Positions 29,474 through 38,460 of a stretch of 63,034 bases of DNA are shown in pieces (within the stretch, counting starts at the first letter, position 1; each line of letters starts with the position of its first letter). Both the position numbers and the translations under genes were made by a program. The DNA lies in contig JBHICG010000013.1 of the NCBI GenBank assembly GCA_046759445.1, positions 1 to 63,034 on the forward strand, written 5' to 3'. The notes under the pieces are model-generated. The model was not told where the DNA came from and made no database searches. It saw only the letters and a program-made list of their open reading frames with translations. This DNA comes from Candidatus Scalinduaceae bacterium (GTDB lineage Bacteria > Planctomycetota > Brocadiia > Brocadiales > Scalinduaceae).

Positions 29474-29608
29474 ATGGTCAAAAACAAGCCACATGATTTA
29501 GAAGAAAGAACGTTAGAATTTGCCAAAGGTATAATTAGGTTATGTAAGAAATTATCAAAAGACATAATCAATATAAAGCTCATCGGTCAGTTAGTCGATT
29601 ATCATTGA
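29474..29608 (+). pseudogene. Truncated four-helix-bundle (TIGR02436-like) protein flanked by a 15-bp inverted repeat
   Basis: MVKNKPHDLEERTLEFAKGIIRLCKKLSKDIINIKLIGQLV then stop. AACAAATTACAATAT (29456-29470) and its perfect reverse complement (29777-29791). Confidence 0.8.
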
Positions 29609-29661
29609 TAAATCAAAATAGATATCAGTTTTGGTATTGTAATTTTGTAATTGTATATTGC

Positions 29662-29761
29662 CTGCCCCGTTAGATAATATAATTTCATTGTATGTTGACA
29701 TATTTGAAAGAATTACTATTATGTCGGCCACGCCCCTATAAAAACCATCTAATGGGGTGAA
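29662..29761. mobile_element. CCCCGT-TIR mini-MITE
   Basis: GCCCCGTTAGAT ... ATCTAATGGGGT, inserted in a TTGTAAT-type repeat run. Confidence 0.6.
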
Positions 29762-29880
29762 TAAGTTGTGGTTTGTATATTGTAATTTGTTGCTTATCAT
29801 AATAAAGAACGTTCAATTGACAAATATTTTACCATAAGTGGACAAGATTGAAGAAGTAAAGTAGCGATAGGAGCTTATAG

Positions 29881-30801
29881 TTGATATCGCAGTTAACTGA
29901 GGAAACATTTGAACAGATACTTTCTAAAGAATTATCTCATATATATGACTTACAGTTTGCGAATTACGATTCCATTAAAATTCCAAATCTAAAATCCCAA
30001 GTCGTAAATCTCAAATCTCATATTGACCTTAGACATATCTCTTTTATAGACCCCTATGGCATGGTTGGCTTACTTGAGATGGGGGAATTTTTAAAATCAA
30101 AGGGCATACAAAAAACCATTTATCTCCCTGAATCGGAAGAAGTAATCAAGTACCTTGAGAGGATGGACTTCTTTAAATATGCAAGGGGATATTTTAAGCT
30201 CAAACCGCAAGAATTAAAGATTCCTGATAAGTACTCAAGAAGTTCTTTTTCTGATGTCCTGCTTGAGATAACTCCTATAGAAAAATCAGATGACATCCAT
30301 TTTATAGTAGGCCTAGTAAAGGATAGATCAAATAAAATACTTAAGAGGCATCTTCATTATGATGAGCGAGCTATAAATGGTTTTATAGTTGCGCTTTCAG
30401 AGGTATGTCAGAATATCGTTGAACATAGTGAGAATACAGGATTTGTAGGAATCCAGAAGTATCACTTCAATAATATCAACAAGAATGTCGTAAAGATTGC
30501 CGTGATGGATTTAGGAATAGGTTTTAAAAATTCACTTAAAACAAGATTTGATATCAGAGATGACATAGATGCCATAGAAAGAGCACTCTTTCATGGAGCA
30601 TCGAGATATTCAGATACGGGGCGCGGACACGGTTTGGCGTCAGTAAGACGTTTTATAAAGCAATGGAATGGTAGAATCTCCATCCGTTCAGGAACAGCGA
30701 GTCTTTCAATAATTCCTAAGTGGGCTTGGGGTAATGAGAAAGAACAAAATCTTACTCATTTCCCTGGAGCTCAGATAAACCTCCTCCTACCTGAAATTTA
30801 A
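29881..30801 (+). CDS. STAS-like plus HATPase_c (anti-sigma kinase-like) protein
   Basis: IDLRHISFIDPYG (STAS-like). N box ALSEVCQNIVEHS, G1 VMDLGIGF, G2 GRGHGL, terminal FPGAQI. Confidence 0.82.
   Translation: MISQLTEETFEQILSKELSHIYDLQFANYDSIKIPNLKSQVVNLKSHIDLRHISFIDPYGMVGLLEMGEFLKSKGIQKTIYLPESEEVIKYLERMDFFKYARGYFKLKPQELKIPDKYSRSSFSDVLLEITPIEKSDDIHFIVGLVKDRSNKILKRHLHYDERAINGFIVALSEVCQNIVEHSENTGFVGIQKYHFNNINKNVVKIAVMDLGIGFKNSLKTRFDIRDDIDAIERALFHGASRYSDTGRGHGLASVRRFIKQWNGRISIRSGTASLSIIPKWAWGNEKEQNLTHFPGAQINLLLPEI
29934..30023 (+). repeat. In-frame 81-bp heptamer-repeat insertion with 9-bp direct repeat
   Basis: ATCTCATAT at 29934-29942 and 30015-30023. Internal heptamers AAATTCC AAATCTA AAATCCC AAGTCGT AAATCTC AAATCTC face an inverted NNGATTT-like arm. 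Confidence 0.7.
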
Positions 30802-30825
30802 TTCTCATTTTCCTCAATTTTCTAT

Positions 30826-30867
30826 TTGACAAGTATCATAATTTATGATTCAATTGATTCAATTGAA
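30826..30867 (+). promoter_or_regulatory. Putative promoter with tandem palindromic operator TTCAATTGA x2
   Basis: TTGACA at 30826-30831. TTCAATTGATTCAATTGAA at 30849-30867, overlapping the expected -10 position. Confidence 0.45.
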
Positions 30868-30959
30868 TTGCCTTATAAAATGTGTAGAGTGCAAATGAGC
30901 CAAATAATATTGTGTATTTTGAGAGATTAAATAAGAAGAGAAGTATAAGAGAAAATTAG

Positions 30960-32948
30960 ATGAAAGAAAAGAAGGTTGTTAATGAAATAAGAAAACATAT
31001 GAAGAAGAATATACGACAGATGAAAATCAAATACATCACACAAGTTACAGAACTTGTTTCGTGTGGTGTAAAAGATAAAGAAATACGGAGTGTAATAAGT
31101 AATAGTCAAACAAAAATTGAGAAGGAGATAAATTACCTTTTAAAGAATAGAGGCAAAATAATTGAAATATTAAAGCTTTTGTTTTCTGAAAATATTCCAA
31201 TTAGTTCTAATTTTTATAGAAAACTATCAGATATTGAATATTACCTTGGATTTAAACCTATTGCTAATAAATTGACAGGACACTTATGGATTGAAGCCTA
31301 TAAGCTTTTACCAAAACGTAATGCACTGGAATTATTGCAACTTTTAGTTGAGGATGAGAGCATTGATATTTTCCCTCGAATCAGGTCTCTTCCCATTTTC
31401 CTATCTGAAGTAGAAATATCTTCCGATTTTGCCTCCAGCTGGTTCTTTTCGATGGCAGAAAAAATTGGTGCTGACTTAGCAGGTGGTAATTTTTTTAAAG
31501 CAGTGAATGAATATGCATTTAATTTTCCACAATCTGGATTAAAAGTATTTGAACAGTATGTATCTGAAGGTTTGGACAACCTTAGATTGAATCTTTCCGC
31601 AATAATTCTTGGTGCACTTCGAGCAAGCTCAGAAAAAAGGCTTATTCAAAAAGAAATTATAGAAGGATGGGAAGAGAAACTTATCAATAGTCCTCAAACA
31701 GAATCGAGGCTATGTTACCACAAGTCTTGGATAACCTCGTTCTGGAGAGGGATAATTTCCATTGAACAATTAGAATCTAAATTAGCAAAAATGATGGAAG
31801 GAACTCAAGAAGAAATAGACGAGGCTTTTTATGTTCTTTACAAATGTTTACTCAATCAGTTAACAAGTGAAGTGTTTGTGAAATTTTCCATGCAGTGGTT
31901 CAATAAAAATGCGTCAGGCAAGATACCGCCACTTGCAAAATATTGCGTTGTGAATTCAATGCTTAGATTATGTGATGTCCGTGAAGCCAAAAGTAGATTG
32001 ATAAACATCAGCGACGCAAACAAACTGATTATTAAGGTACAACCAATACCTCAGGAAAATAACGGTACGTGGAGTGATATTGAATATTATTTAATTGATA
32101 GATTGCATGAAGACAAAAAGTCATTTGCTGATATTTTAAATCTACTCAATGAAGCTAATCCAGAAACATTATTTAAGAAGTTTAGAAGTAATGAATTTGA
32201 TTATCTAACGTCTAAATTATCTAAATCGGACGCAAGCTGGTTGATAACTAATTTAATATTTTCACAAGATGCTAAAAAAAGAAAACTTGGCAATATCTTA
32301 TTTCAGAAAATAAAGATTAATCAATTCTCAAGTGAGATAGTAGAAAAAACGGATGAAACGCAAATGAGTATAGTTCTTTGGGAGTTCATACGTAGACCGT
32401 TTTTAGGTGCCGAGGTTTCAAGATTCTTAATTATGTTAGAACCCAGATATCGTATCTGTAGTACTAAAATGCAAGAAGAATACAAGCGTGAAATGGTAAT
32501 GCAGGCAATTAATTATCCAGGAGAATGTTTAGAAAATTGGAAGAAAATGAGAAACCCATCTAAACTGCTAAAAAGTGTTATAGAGTCTGCAGAGAAGTAT
32601 TTTGAAAACTTGAAGAAAACAAGGAATTCGCCTGCAAATAGCTTTTCATTTCCTGAACTCAATCAATCTGCTAAAAAGGGATATAGAGAGTACTCCAGAA
32701 AAATATCAGAAGATGCCCATAAAACATCAATATTATCGAGGCTGGCTAAACATATAGACATTATGTATGGCGATCAATGGAGCATAATGGCTCAGGGCAA
32801 ATTGGGCGATCCAACTCCTTTTAAGGAAGTATCGCATTCTATTGAAGCTCCAAGGCTTGAAGAAATCGATCCTGAAGGGATGGTATTAAGAAAAGTACAG
32901 GCTAATACTCAAATAAAAGAGGCCGAAAAAGGGAGAACTAACAAATGA
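30960..32948 (+). CDS. Helical-repeat-like hypothetical protein, putative defence system component A (Olokun OloA-like?)
   Basis: 662 aa, apparently all-alpha, very AT-rich. C-terminal SHSIEAPRLEEIDPEG. Overlaps the next gene by 4 bp. Confidence 0.6.
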   Translation: MKEKKVVNEIRKHMKKNIRQMKIKYITQVTELVSCGVKDKEIRSVISNSQTKIEKEINYLLKNRGKIIEILKLLFSENIPISSNFYRKLSDIEYYLGFKPIANKLTGHLWIEAYKLLPKRNALELLQLLVEDESIDIFPRIRSLPIFLSEVEISSDFASSWFFSMAEKIGADLAGGNFFKAVNEYAFNFPQSGLKVFEQYVSEGLDNLRLNLSAIILGALRASSEKRLIQKEIIEGWEEKLINSPQTESRLCYHKSWITSFWRGIISIEQLESKLAKMMEGTQEEIDEAFYVLYKCLLNQLTSEVFVKFSMQWFNKNASGKIPPLAKYCVVNSMLRLCDVREAKSRLINISDANKLIIKVQPIPQENNGTWSDIEYYLIDRLHEDKKSFADILNLLNEANPETLFKKFRSNEFDYLTSKLSKSDASWLITNLIFSQDAKKRKLGNILFQKIKINQFSSEIVEKTDETQMSIVLWEFIRRPFLGAEVSRFLIMLEPRYRICSTKMQEEYKREMVMQAINYPGECLENWKKMRNPSKLLKSVIESAEKYFENLKKTRNSPANSFSFPELNQSAKKGYREYSRKISEDAHKTSILSRLAKHIDIMYGDQWSIMAQGKLGDPTPFKEVSHSIEAPRLEEIDPEGMVLRKVQANTQIKEAEKGRTNK

Positions 32949-34765
32949 GTACTGAATCACTTGATAGTTTTTTAACAGATTATGTTATGAGCTTGGTCGA
33001 AAGAACGAGGATAGAAAATGGAGTAGTTAAAATTGGGTTTGACTGGATAATTTATAACTTAGCTCTTGCCAATAGCTGGACACCTGTAAGATTACCCTTC
33101 TTTAGACGATCAAATGTCTTGGCAGCAAAAACAAAAACTGAAGCTGAATTTGGGATAGATATGATGTTCAGTCTTCCAACTGGTAAGGGGTTAGTCATTT
33201 TTGTATTAAAGGATGAAGAACTCAATAATAAAAATTGGACTTCTCAGAGCTTCGAATCAGATTTACGAAAGGCTGCAACTCCTGATCTAACCCCAAAAGA
33301 ATTGGAATTAATAAGAGAAGTAAAAGTAATCCTTGCATACAACAAAGATGAGGACAGAAATGGAATTGAACTATTTGATCGACTAACAAACTCTTTGGGG
33401 ACAAAGATTGGAGATAAAGTGTCACTATCTTTTGAGCGGTGGAACCTTTCTAGAATAACAGAAATGGCTAAAGATTATTTGATTTCTCCAGACTTATTAC
33501 CGCAGCATCTATCAAGCCAATTTAGCTACATTTGCTCTCAAATGGCTGACTTTGATTATGGGACAATAGAGTGGGAAAGTCAACTTATCCCTAACTGGAA
33601 GTATTTTCTGAGAAAGTTGTTAAAAGAGCCTATTGATGAAAGAAAGCTAAGACTTGTTCCTGTTACCTTGCTAATATTGTATCACTACAAAAAGCAAAGC
33701 CCCAACTCATATCCAGGATGGATTGACTTGATTGAATGGGCAATACTATCTCTTTGGGAGTGCTATAGAAACTTGAAAACCAGAAAACTGAAAAAAATAG
33801 TTATCGATATTTGGATGCATTTCTATATAAATGAACTAGAAAGGTATTTTTTGAAAGTATCTCATGTTTTAACTACAGAACATGGCTTGCACGCCAGTGG
33901 AAAAGGTGTTGGTCTTGTTCCAATAAATGATGCATATATGGCTTACTGGCACATTGGACGATTAGGTATTCTAACTCTTGCTCCGCAGGAATTCACAGAC
34001 GAAGAAAATAAAGAAGGTAAAGAGATAATTATAAACATAATAAATCGATCTGCCGATTGGATTATCAGATGTCTTAGAGTAAATCCTGCTACAACAAGAC
34101 CATTAATAGATTTAAATCATATAGAATTGTTCTTAGTTTGGTTAATACTATGGCAGTCGGGTAGAGATGAAGAAATTTTTAAATGGCTTTCTCAACTTGA
34201 ATCTTGCCTGCTTGTTAGGAGAATTGGAAAAACCAACATACCATTCATTGAAGCAAGAAATAGGATAGATTTAGTAGCTGAATGTGCAGCAACTTCTGAG
34301 AAGCCTCCAGAGTATACTGATAACAGTTCATATCTGTTGTTAATGATTTTGGAGCTTTGTTTTTCATTAGAAGATAAATATAGGGATGAACTTCTAGATA
34401 GATATTATCGAAGGATCGTTAAAGGAATGAGCGATGATGGAAAATCTTTAGCTGATAAAGAAATAGATTTAATTGGATGGTCTTCTCCTGACAATTGGGG
34501 TCAAAGGATTTTACGTGAACATGTTACTGATGGGATAGCTATAACAATAAATAATTTTGAAACTATCTCTGGAGGGAACAAATCCTTATCGGAAAGAATA
34601 AAGGGGTTTGTTGATCGATCAAGTGAAAAATTTCCATCTAAGATACCGGCAAATATACCTCGTGCCGTATTGATTTTAGCTTGTATTAAACATCGTTCTC
34701 CACTTCCCTCCGAATTCTGGCGTGGAACAATATTTACAAGAGATAAAAAAATAAAGAAGTTTTGA
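32945..34765 (+). CDS. PD-(D/E)XK-like N-terminal nuclease domain protein, putative defence component B (OloB-like?)
   Basis: EFGIDM...VIFVLKD fits the Mrr-like GxD...xxK arrangement. WNLSRI closes the domain and a long helical C-terminus follows. Confidence 0.6.
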   Translation: MSTESLDSFLTDYVMSLVERTRIENGVVKIGFDWIIYNLALANSWTPVRLPFFRRSNVLAAKTKTEAEFGIDMMFSLPTGKGLVIFVLKDEELNNKNWTSQSFESDLRKAATPDLTPKELELIREVKVILAYNKDEDRNGIELFDRLTNSLGTKIGDKVSLSFERWNLSRITEMAKDYLISPDLLPQHLSSQFSYICSQMADFDYGTIEWESQLIPNWKYFLRKLLKEPIDERKLRLVPVTLLILYHYKKQSPNSYPGWIDLIEWAILSLWECYRNLKTRKLKKIVIDIWMHFYINELERYFLKVSHVLTTEHGLHASGKGVGLVPINDAYMAYWHIGRLGILTLAPQEFTDEENKEGKEIIINIINRSADWIIRCLRVNPATTRPLIDLNHIELFLVWLILWQSGRDEEIFKWLSQLESCLLVRRIGKTNIPFIEARNRIDLVAECAATSEKPPEYTDNSSYLLLMILELCFSLEDKYRDELLDRYYRRIVKGMSDDGKSLADKEIDLIGWSSPDNWGQRILREHVTDGIAITINNFETISGGNKSLSERIKGFVDRSSEKFPSKIPANIPRAVLILACIKHRSPLPSEFWRGTIFTRDKKIKKF

Positions 34766-34934
34766 ATGCAGCTTTAATGATTTAAAGAATTCTATACAAC
34801 CAAATCTTATAAGATCGTAACCAACAAAATTATAAAAGCTTAGGAGAAATGGGCATTATTTATGATTAAGGTAATTCATATTTGCTATGGTCAGTTTTTT
34901 TAGACAAAAAATAGACACTATGAGGTAAGAAAGT

Positions 34935-35057
34935 ATGTCAAAAGCAAACAAACAATTAGAACTTTTTCCAGTGAAAAAATCTTTAAAGATAAAATCAAAG
35001 TTTTCACCAAAGAATCAGATAACAATTTATAAGGTGATTGATTTCTTTAACTATTAA
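34935..35057 (+). pseudogene. N-terminal stub of a DNA methyltransferase
   Basis: MSKANKQLELFPVKK...NQITIYK then GTGATTG. A one-base shift gives YKGDx, echoing the ILNGDC start of the downstream MTase. Confidence 0.4.
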
Positions 35058-35140
35058 GATGAATTTCCAAATAAACAATGTTTATCGATGTTTTAAAAGC
35101 GTGGATTACCGATTGACAATTTGTATTTAAGGAAAAATGA

Positions 35141-35998
35141 ATGGAAATATCAGCAAAAATATTAAATGGTGATTGCACTGAAAAATTAAAAGAAATAGAG
35201 GATAATTCAATTGATCTTATTTTCACTTCTCCACCTTATGCGGATCAACGCAAGTGTACATACGGTGGTGTACATCCGGATAAATATGTTGAATGGTTTT
35301 TGCCAATTTCGAAGGAGTTGTTAAGAGTTCTAAAACCAACCGGTACATTCATTCTGAATATAAAAGAACGTGTTGTTAATGGTGAGCGGCATACGTATGT
35401 ATTGGAGTTAATTATGGAAATGCGTAAACAAGGTTGGCTTTGGACAGAGGAATTTATATGGCATAAAAAAAATTGTTATCCTGGTAAATGGCCTAACCGT
35501 TTCAGGGATGCTTGGGAAAGACTGCTTCAATTCAACAAAAACAAAAAATTTAAGATGTTACAAGAAGCTGTTATGGTACCAATGGGTGAGTGGGCAAAAA
35601 CAAGGCTAAATAATTTAAGTGAAACTGACAAAATACGAGATGAATCTAGGGCGGGAAGTGGATTTGGAAAAAATGTTTCTAATTGGATAAAAAGAAATAA
35701 GGCCTATCCAACAAATGTGTTAAAGATGGCAACTGAGTGTAATAATAAGAATCATAGTGCTGTTTTTCCAGAATCTCTTCCAGAATGGTTTATTAAACTC
35801 TTTACAGAAAAAGAAGATTGGGTGCTAGATCCTTTCATGGGCTCTGGAACGACAAATAAGGTAGCACAGCGTTTAAGAAGAAATTCCATTGGGATAGATA
35901 TTCAACAAAGTTATTACAAAATGGTTAAGAAACAAATTCGATCAAAGGAATTATTTTTGTTAGAAGAAAGTAAAGAATATGGAAAAGATAAGAATTGA
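35141..35998 (+). CDS. Site-specific N4-cytosine/N6-adenine DNA methyltransferase (beta class)
   Basis: IDLIFTSPPY catalytic motif precedes the VLDPFMGSGTT SAM motif; HSAVFP. Confidence 0.95.
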   Translation: MEISAKILNGDCTEKLKEIEDNSIDLIFTSPPYADQRKCTYGGVHPDKYVEWFLPISKELLRVLKPTGTFILNIKERVVNGERHTYVLELIMEMRKQGWLWTEEFIWHKKNCYPGKWPNRFRDAWERLLQFNKNKKFKMLQEAVMVPMGEWAKTRLNNLSETDKIRDESRAGSGFGKNVSNWIKRNKAYPTNVLKMATECNNKNHSAVFPESLPEWFIKLFTEKEDWVLDPFMGSGTTNKVAQRLRRNSIGIDIQQSYYKMVKKQIRSKELFLLEESKEYGKDKN

Positions 35999-36725
35999 CG
36001 ATGTAAAAAAATACGTTGTAAGTAACATAGGTAGTTTTCATTCTAAACGTTTACAAAATCTAGAAGAACTTAAATTGAGTAAAATCCTTAAAAGAAAGAA
36101 TCCATATCTATTTAAAGCCAAAAATATTTTGACCGCCCAGGACTTGGTCAAAACACTTCTCGATGCCCATTTGTCATCTCAAGAAGAAACAATTTTTGGT
36201 AATTTCTTAGAGGGACTAGCAATTTTTATTAACAGAAAAGTTTATGGTGGTAGAAAATCTTCAGCAGAGGGAATTGACTTAGAGTTTGAAGACAATGCTA
36301 TTAATTATATTGTTACAATCAAATCTGGCCCCAATTGGGGTAATAGCGAACAGATTAAAAAGATGAGAGACAATTTCAAAAAAGCAAAACGAATATTGCG
36401 AACAAGTAATTCCAAACTTCAAATTATAGCAATCAACGGTTGTTGTTATGGAAGAGATAATAAACCTGATAAAGGTGATTATTTCAAATATTGCGGTCAA
36501 AAATTTTGGGAATTTATTTCTGACAATGGGGACCTGTATTTAGAGATAATTGAACCATTAGGACATAAAGCCAAGAAAAGGAATGAAGATTTTATCGAAA
36601 AATATTCTCAAATTATAAATAAGTTTACGCTTGAGTTTAGCCAGGTTTATTGCGTTGATGGGAAAATAGACTGGGATGTTTTGGTGAAATTTAACTCTTC
36701 TATTTCTAAACCCGTAAAGAAGTAA
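35979..36725 (+). CDS. Type II restriction endonuclease (PmeII/EcoO109I-like)
   Basis: LKRKNPYLFKAK, SSQEETIFGNFLE, GIDLEF, IKSGPNWGN, CGQKFWEFIS. Overlaps the MTase gene. Confidence 0.85.
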   Translation: MEKIRIDDVKKYVVSNIGSFHSKRLQNLEELKLSKILKRKNPYLFKAKNILTAQDLVKTLLDAHLSSQEETIFGNFLEGLAIFINRKVYGGRKSSAEGIDLEFEDNAINYIVTIKSGPNWGNSEQIKKMRDNFKKAKRILRTSNSKLQIIAINGCCYGRDNKPDKGDYFKYCGQKFWEFISDNGDLYLEIIEPLGHKAKKRNEDFIEKYSQIINKFTLEFSQVYCVDGKIDWDVLVKFNSSISKPVKK

Positions 36726-36766
36726 CATCTAAACAATCTTGAGGTGTTTTAGCATGTAATTATGGA

Positions 36767-37069
36767 TTGGAGGCAGATACTATGTGTGTGGAAAGTGTAG
36801 CAACTTTAGATCACGAAAGATTATATCTTGCAACTTTTGAATTCGTTAGTGGTGAATATGTACAGATGTTTGAAAAGGCGTTTTATGCAAAGAACGAAGA
36901 AGATTTAGAGAATAAAATCCATGAATACCTTATTAATTACTATGGTGAAGGTAATACTTCAGAGATAGATGGGGATGTTTATTATTACTGGAATGGTGAA
37001 GTCGCAGTTAAAGAACATGGATGGCGGGAAATCACAAACTTTGAACAACTTGTAAACAAACTTCTTTAA
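36767..37069 (+). CDS. Small acidic hypothetical protein (probable start ATG 36782)
   Basis: GGAGG precedes ATG 36782. E/D/Y-rich. Confidence 0.65.
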   Translation: MEADTMCVESVATLDHERLYLATFEFVSGEYVQMFEKAFYAKNEEDLENKIHEYLINYYGEGNTSEIDGDVYYYWNGEVAVKEHGWREITNFEQLVNKLL

Positions 37070-37098
37070 TCTCGTTAAAGAAAAGGACATGTTGACCA

Positions 37099-37386
37099 AT
37101 GAATGGAGAGTTTATTATGAGCAAAAAATATGTTACTAAAAATACCGGTGTTACTACTTATCAATTACCTCAACCATGTATAGCAAAATATATAGTTGTA
37201 GTAGTAGATAGGGGTATAGCATGCGAAGTCAACTATTTTGATTCACTGAAAGAAGCCAAAAGGACTTTTGGAGAAATAGCCAATGATTATGGTTATGAAC
37301 CCGAAGAGATAAATGGATCGGATTATTATGATATCTCAATATGGGAATGGACAGAAAATAGGTATGAAAAAATTTATGGATATTGA
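37099..37386 (+). CDS. Small hypothetical protein with acidic C-terminus
   Basis: GGAG precedes internal ATG (MSKKY). Co-oriented with the island. Confidence 0.6.
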   Translation: MNGEFIMSKKYVTKNTGVTTYQLPQPCIAKYIVVVVDRGIACEVNYFDSLKEAKRTFGEIANDYGYEPEEINGSDYYDISIWEWTENRYEKIYGY

Positions 37387-37955
37387 TAAGAGATATGCCT
37401 AAATACGACCTTTACAAAATATTAAAAGAAGAACTTAAGAATGGCTCAAGTGACCTTGTTACAAGACCATCAGGACAGGTGATAAGAAGACGAATAGAGG
37501 AGGATATTGTAAAAGAAGGTGATAGGGTAGTAGTTGCCCTGGATTTTTCAAAGATTGGCGTAATAGATTATTCATGTGCTGATGAAATTGTTGCAAAGCT
37601 TGTCTCTCGTTTGCTAGGTGGAGAATATGGTGATAAATATATCGTTCTTACCGGTCTTAATGAAAACCAGAAGGAAAATATTGAGGTTGCCCTTGAGAGA
37701 AAGGGCCTTGCCATAATGGCAAAGACAAGAAACAATAAGAAAATCTTTTTGGGAAATATCAATAACTACCTCAAACAAACATTAGACCTCATCCTTGAAA
37801 AAGATAAGATCACTGCCAGGGAACTTTCAGATATCATGAAACTTGAAGCCAATACAAGTGGCACAAGACTCCTAAACCTTCATAAAAAACGCCTCGTGAA
37901 AAGGACTGAAGAAATAATGAATGGAGGAAGAGTTTGGATTTATGAGAGTGTATAA
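37383..37955 (+). CDS. STAS-like (DUF4325-like) plus winged-helix regulator
   Basis: VTRPSGQVIR, ALDFSKIGVIDYSCADEIV (STAS-like with Ser). C-terminal TARELSD..LEANTSGTRLLNLHKKRLV wHTH. Likely start MPKYD. Confidence 0.8.
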   Translation: MIRDMPKYDLYKILKEELKNGSSDLVTRPSGQVIRRRIEEDIVKEGDRVVVALDFSKIGVIDYSCADEIVAKLVSRLLGGEYGDKYIVLTGLNENQKENIEVALERKGLAIMAKTRNNKKIFLGNINNYLKQTLDLILEKDKITARELSDIMKLEANTSGTRLLNLHKKRLVKRTEEIMNGGRVWIYESV

Positions 37956-37987
37956 TCGCTTTTTTACTCAATGAAATATGGGAACCA

Positions 37988-38383
37988 ATGAAAAATGATA
38001 AAAGCTTTAGGAGTTTTGAAGAATTAGATTGCTGGAATGCTTGCAGAGAGTTAAGACAATATATTGCGAAATTAGTTAAACAATACCCTAAAGATGAAAA
38101 ATACAGAATTGTTGATAATATACTTAGGGCTGCACGATCTACGACACATAACATTGCAGAGGGATTTGGCCGTTTCCATTATCAAGAGAATATTCAATTT
38201 TGCAGGCATTCACGTGGTTCTCTATATGAATTGAAAGACCAAATTATCTGTTCCCTTGATGAGGGATTCATCAATGATGAGGAGTATAAAAAGTGTTTAG
38301 ATTTAATTAATAGTGCAAGTGCTTTACTTAATGGTTATATTAATTATCTTAAAAGAAAAAAACAAATAACAGATAACAAATAA
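37988..38383 (+). CDS. Four-helix-bundle protein (TIGR02436-like)
   Basis: SFEELDCW, PKDEKY, RAARSTTHNIAEGFGR, SRGSLYE. Ends in ATAACA/ATAACT heptamers (38365-38392). Confidence 0.92.
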   Translation: MKNDKSFRSFEELDCWNACRELRQYIAKLVKQYPKDEKYRIVDNILRAARSTTHNIAEGFGRFHYQENIQFCRHSRGSLYELKDQIICSLDEGFINDEEYKKCLDLINSASALLNGYINYLKRKKQITDNK

Positions 38384-38460
38384 CTAATAACAATCTTATA
38401 TATAGGAAATTCTCTGTGGATGGAATTTAACTGTGTATGCAATAGTATAGGAAACATTAC

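Noticed and set aside
37988..38383. Avd-like protein suggesting a diversity-generating retroelement acting on the giant paralogues
   Set aside because: No reverse transcriptase and no TR/VR pair with adenine-specific mismatches seen.
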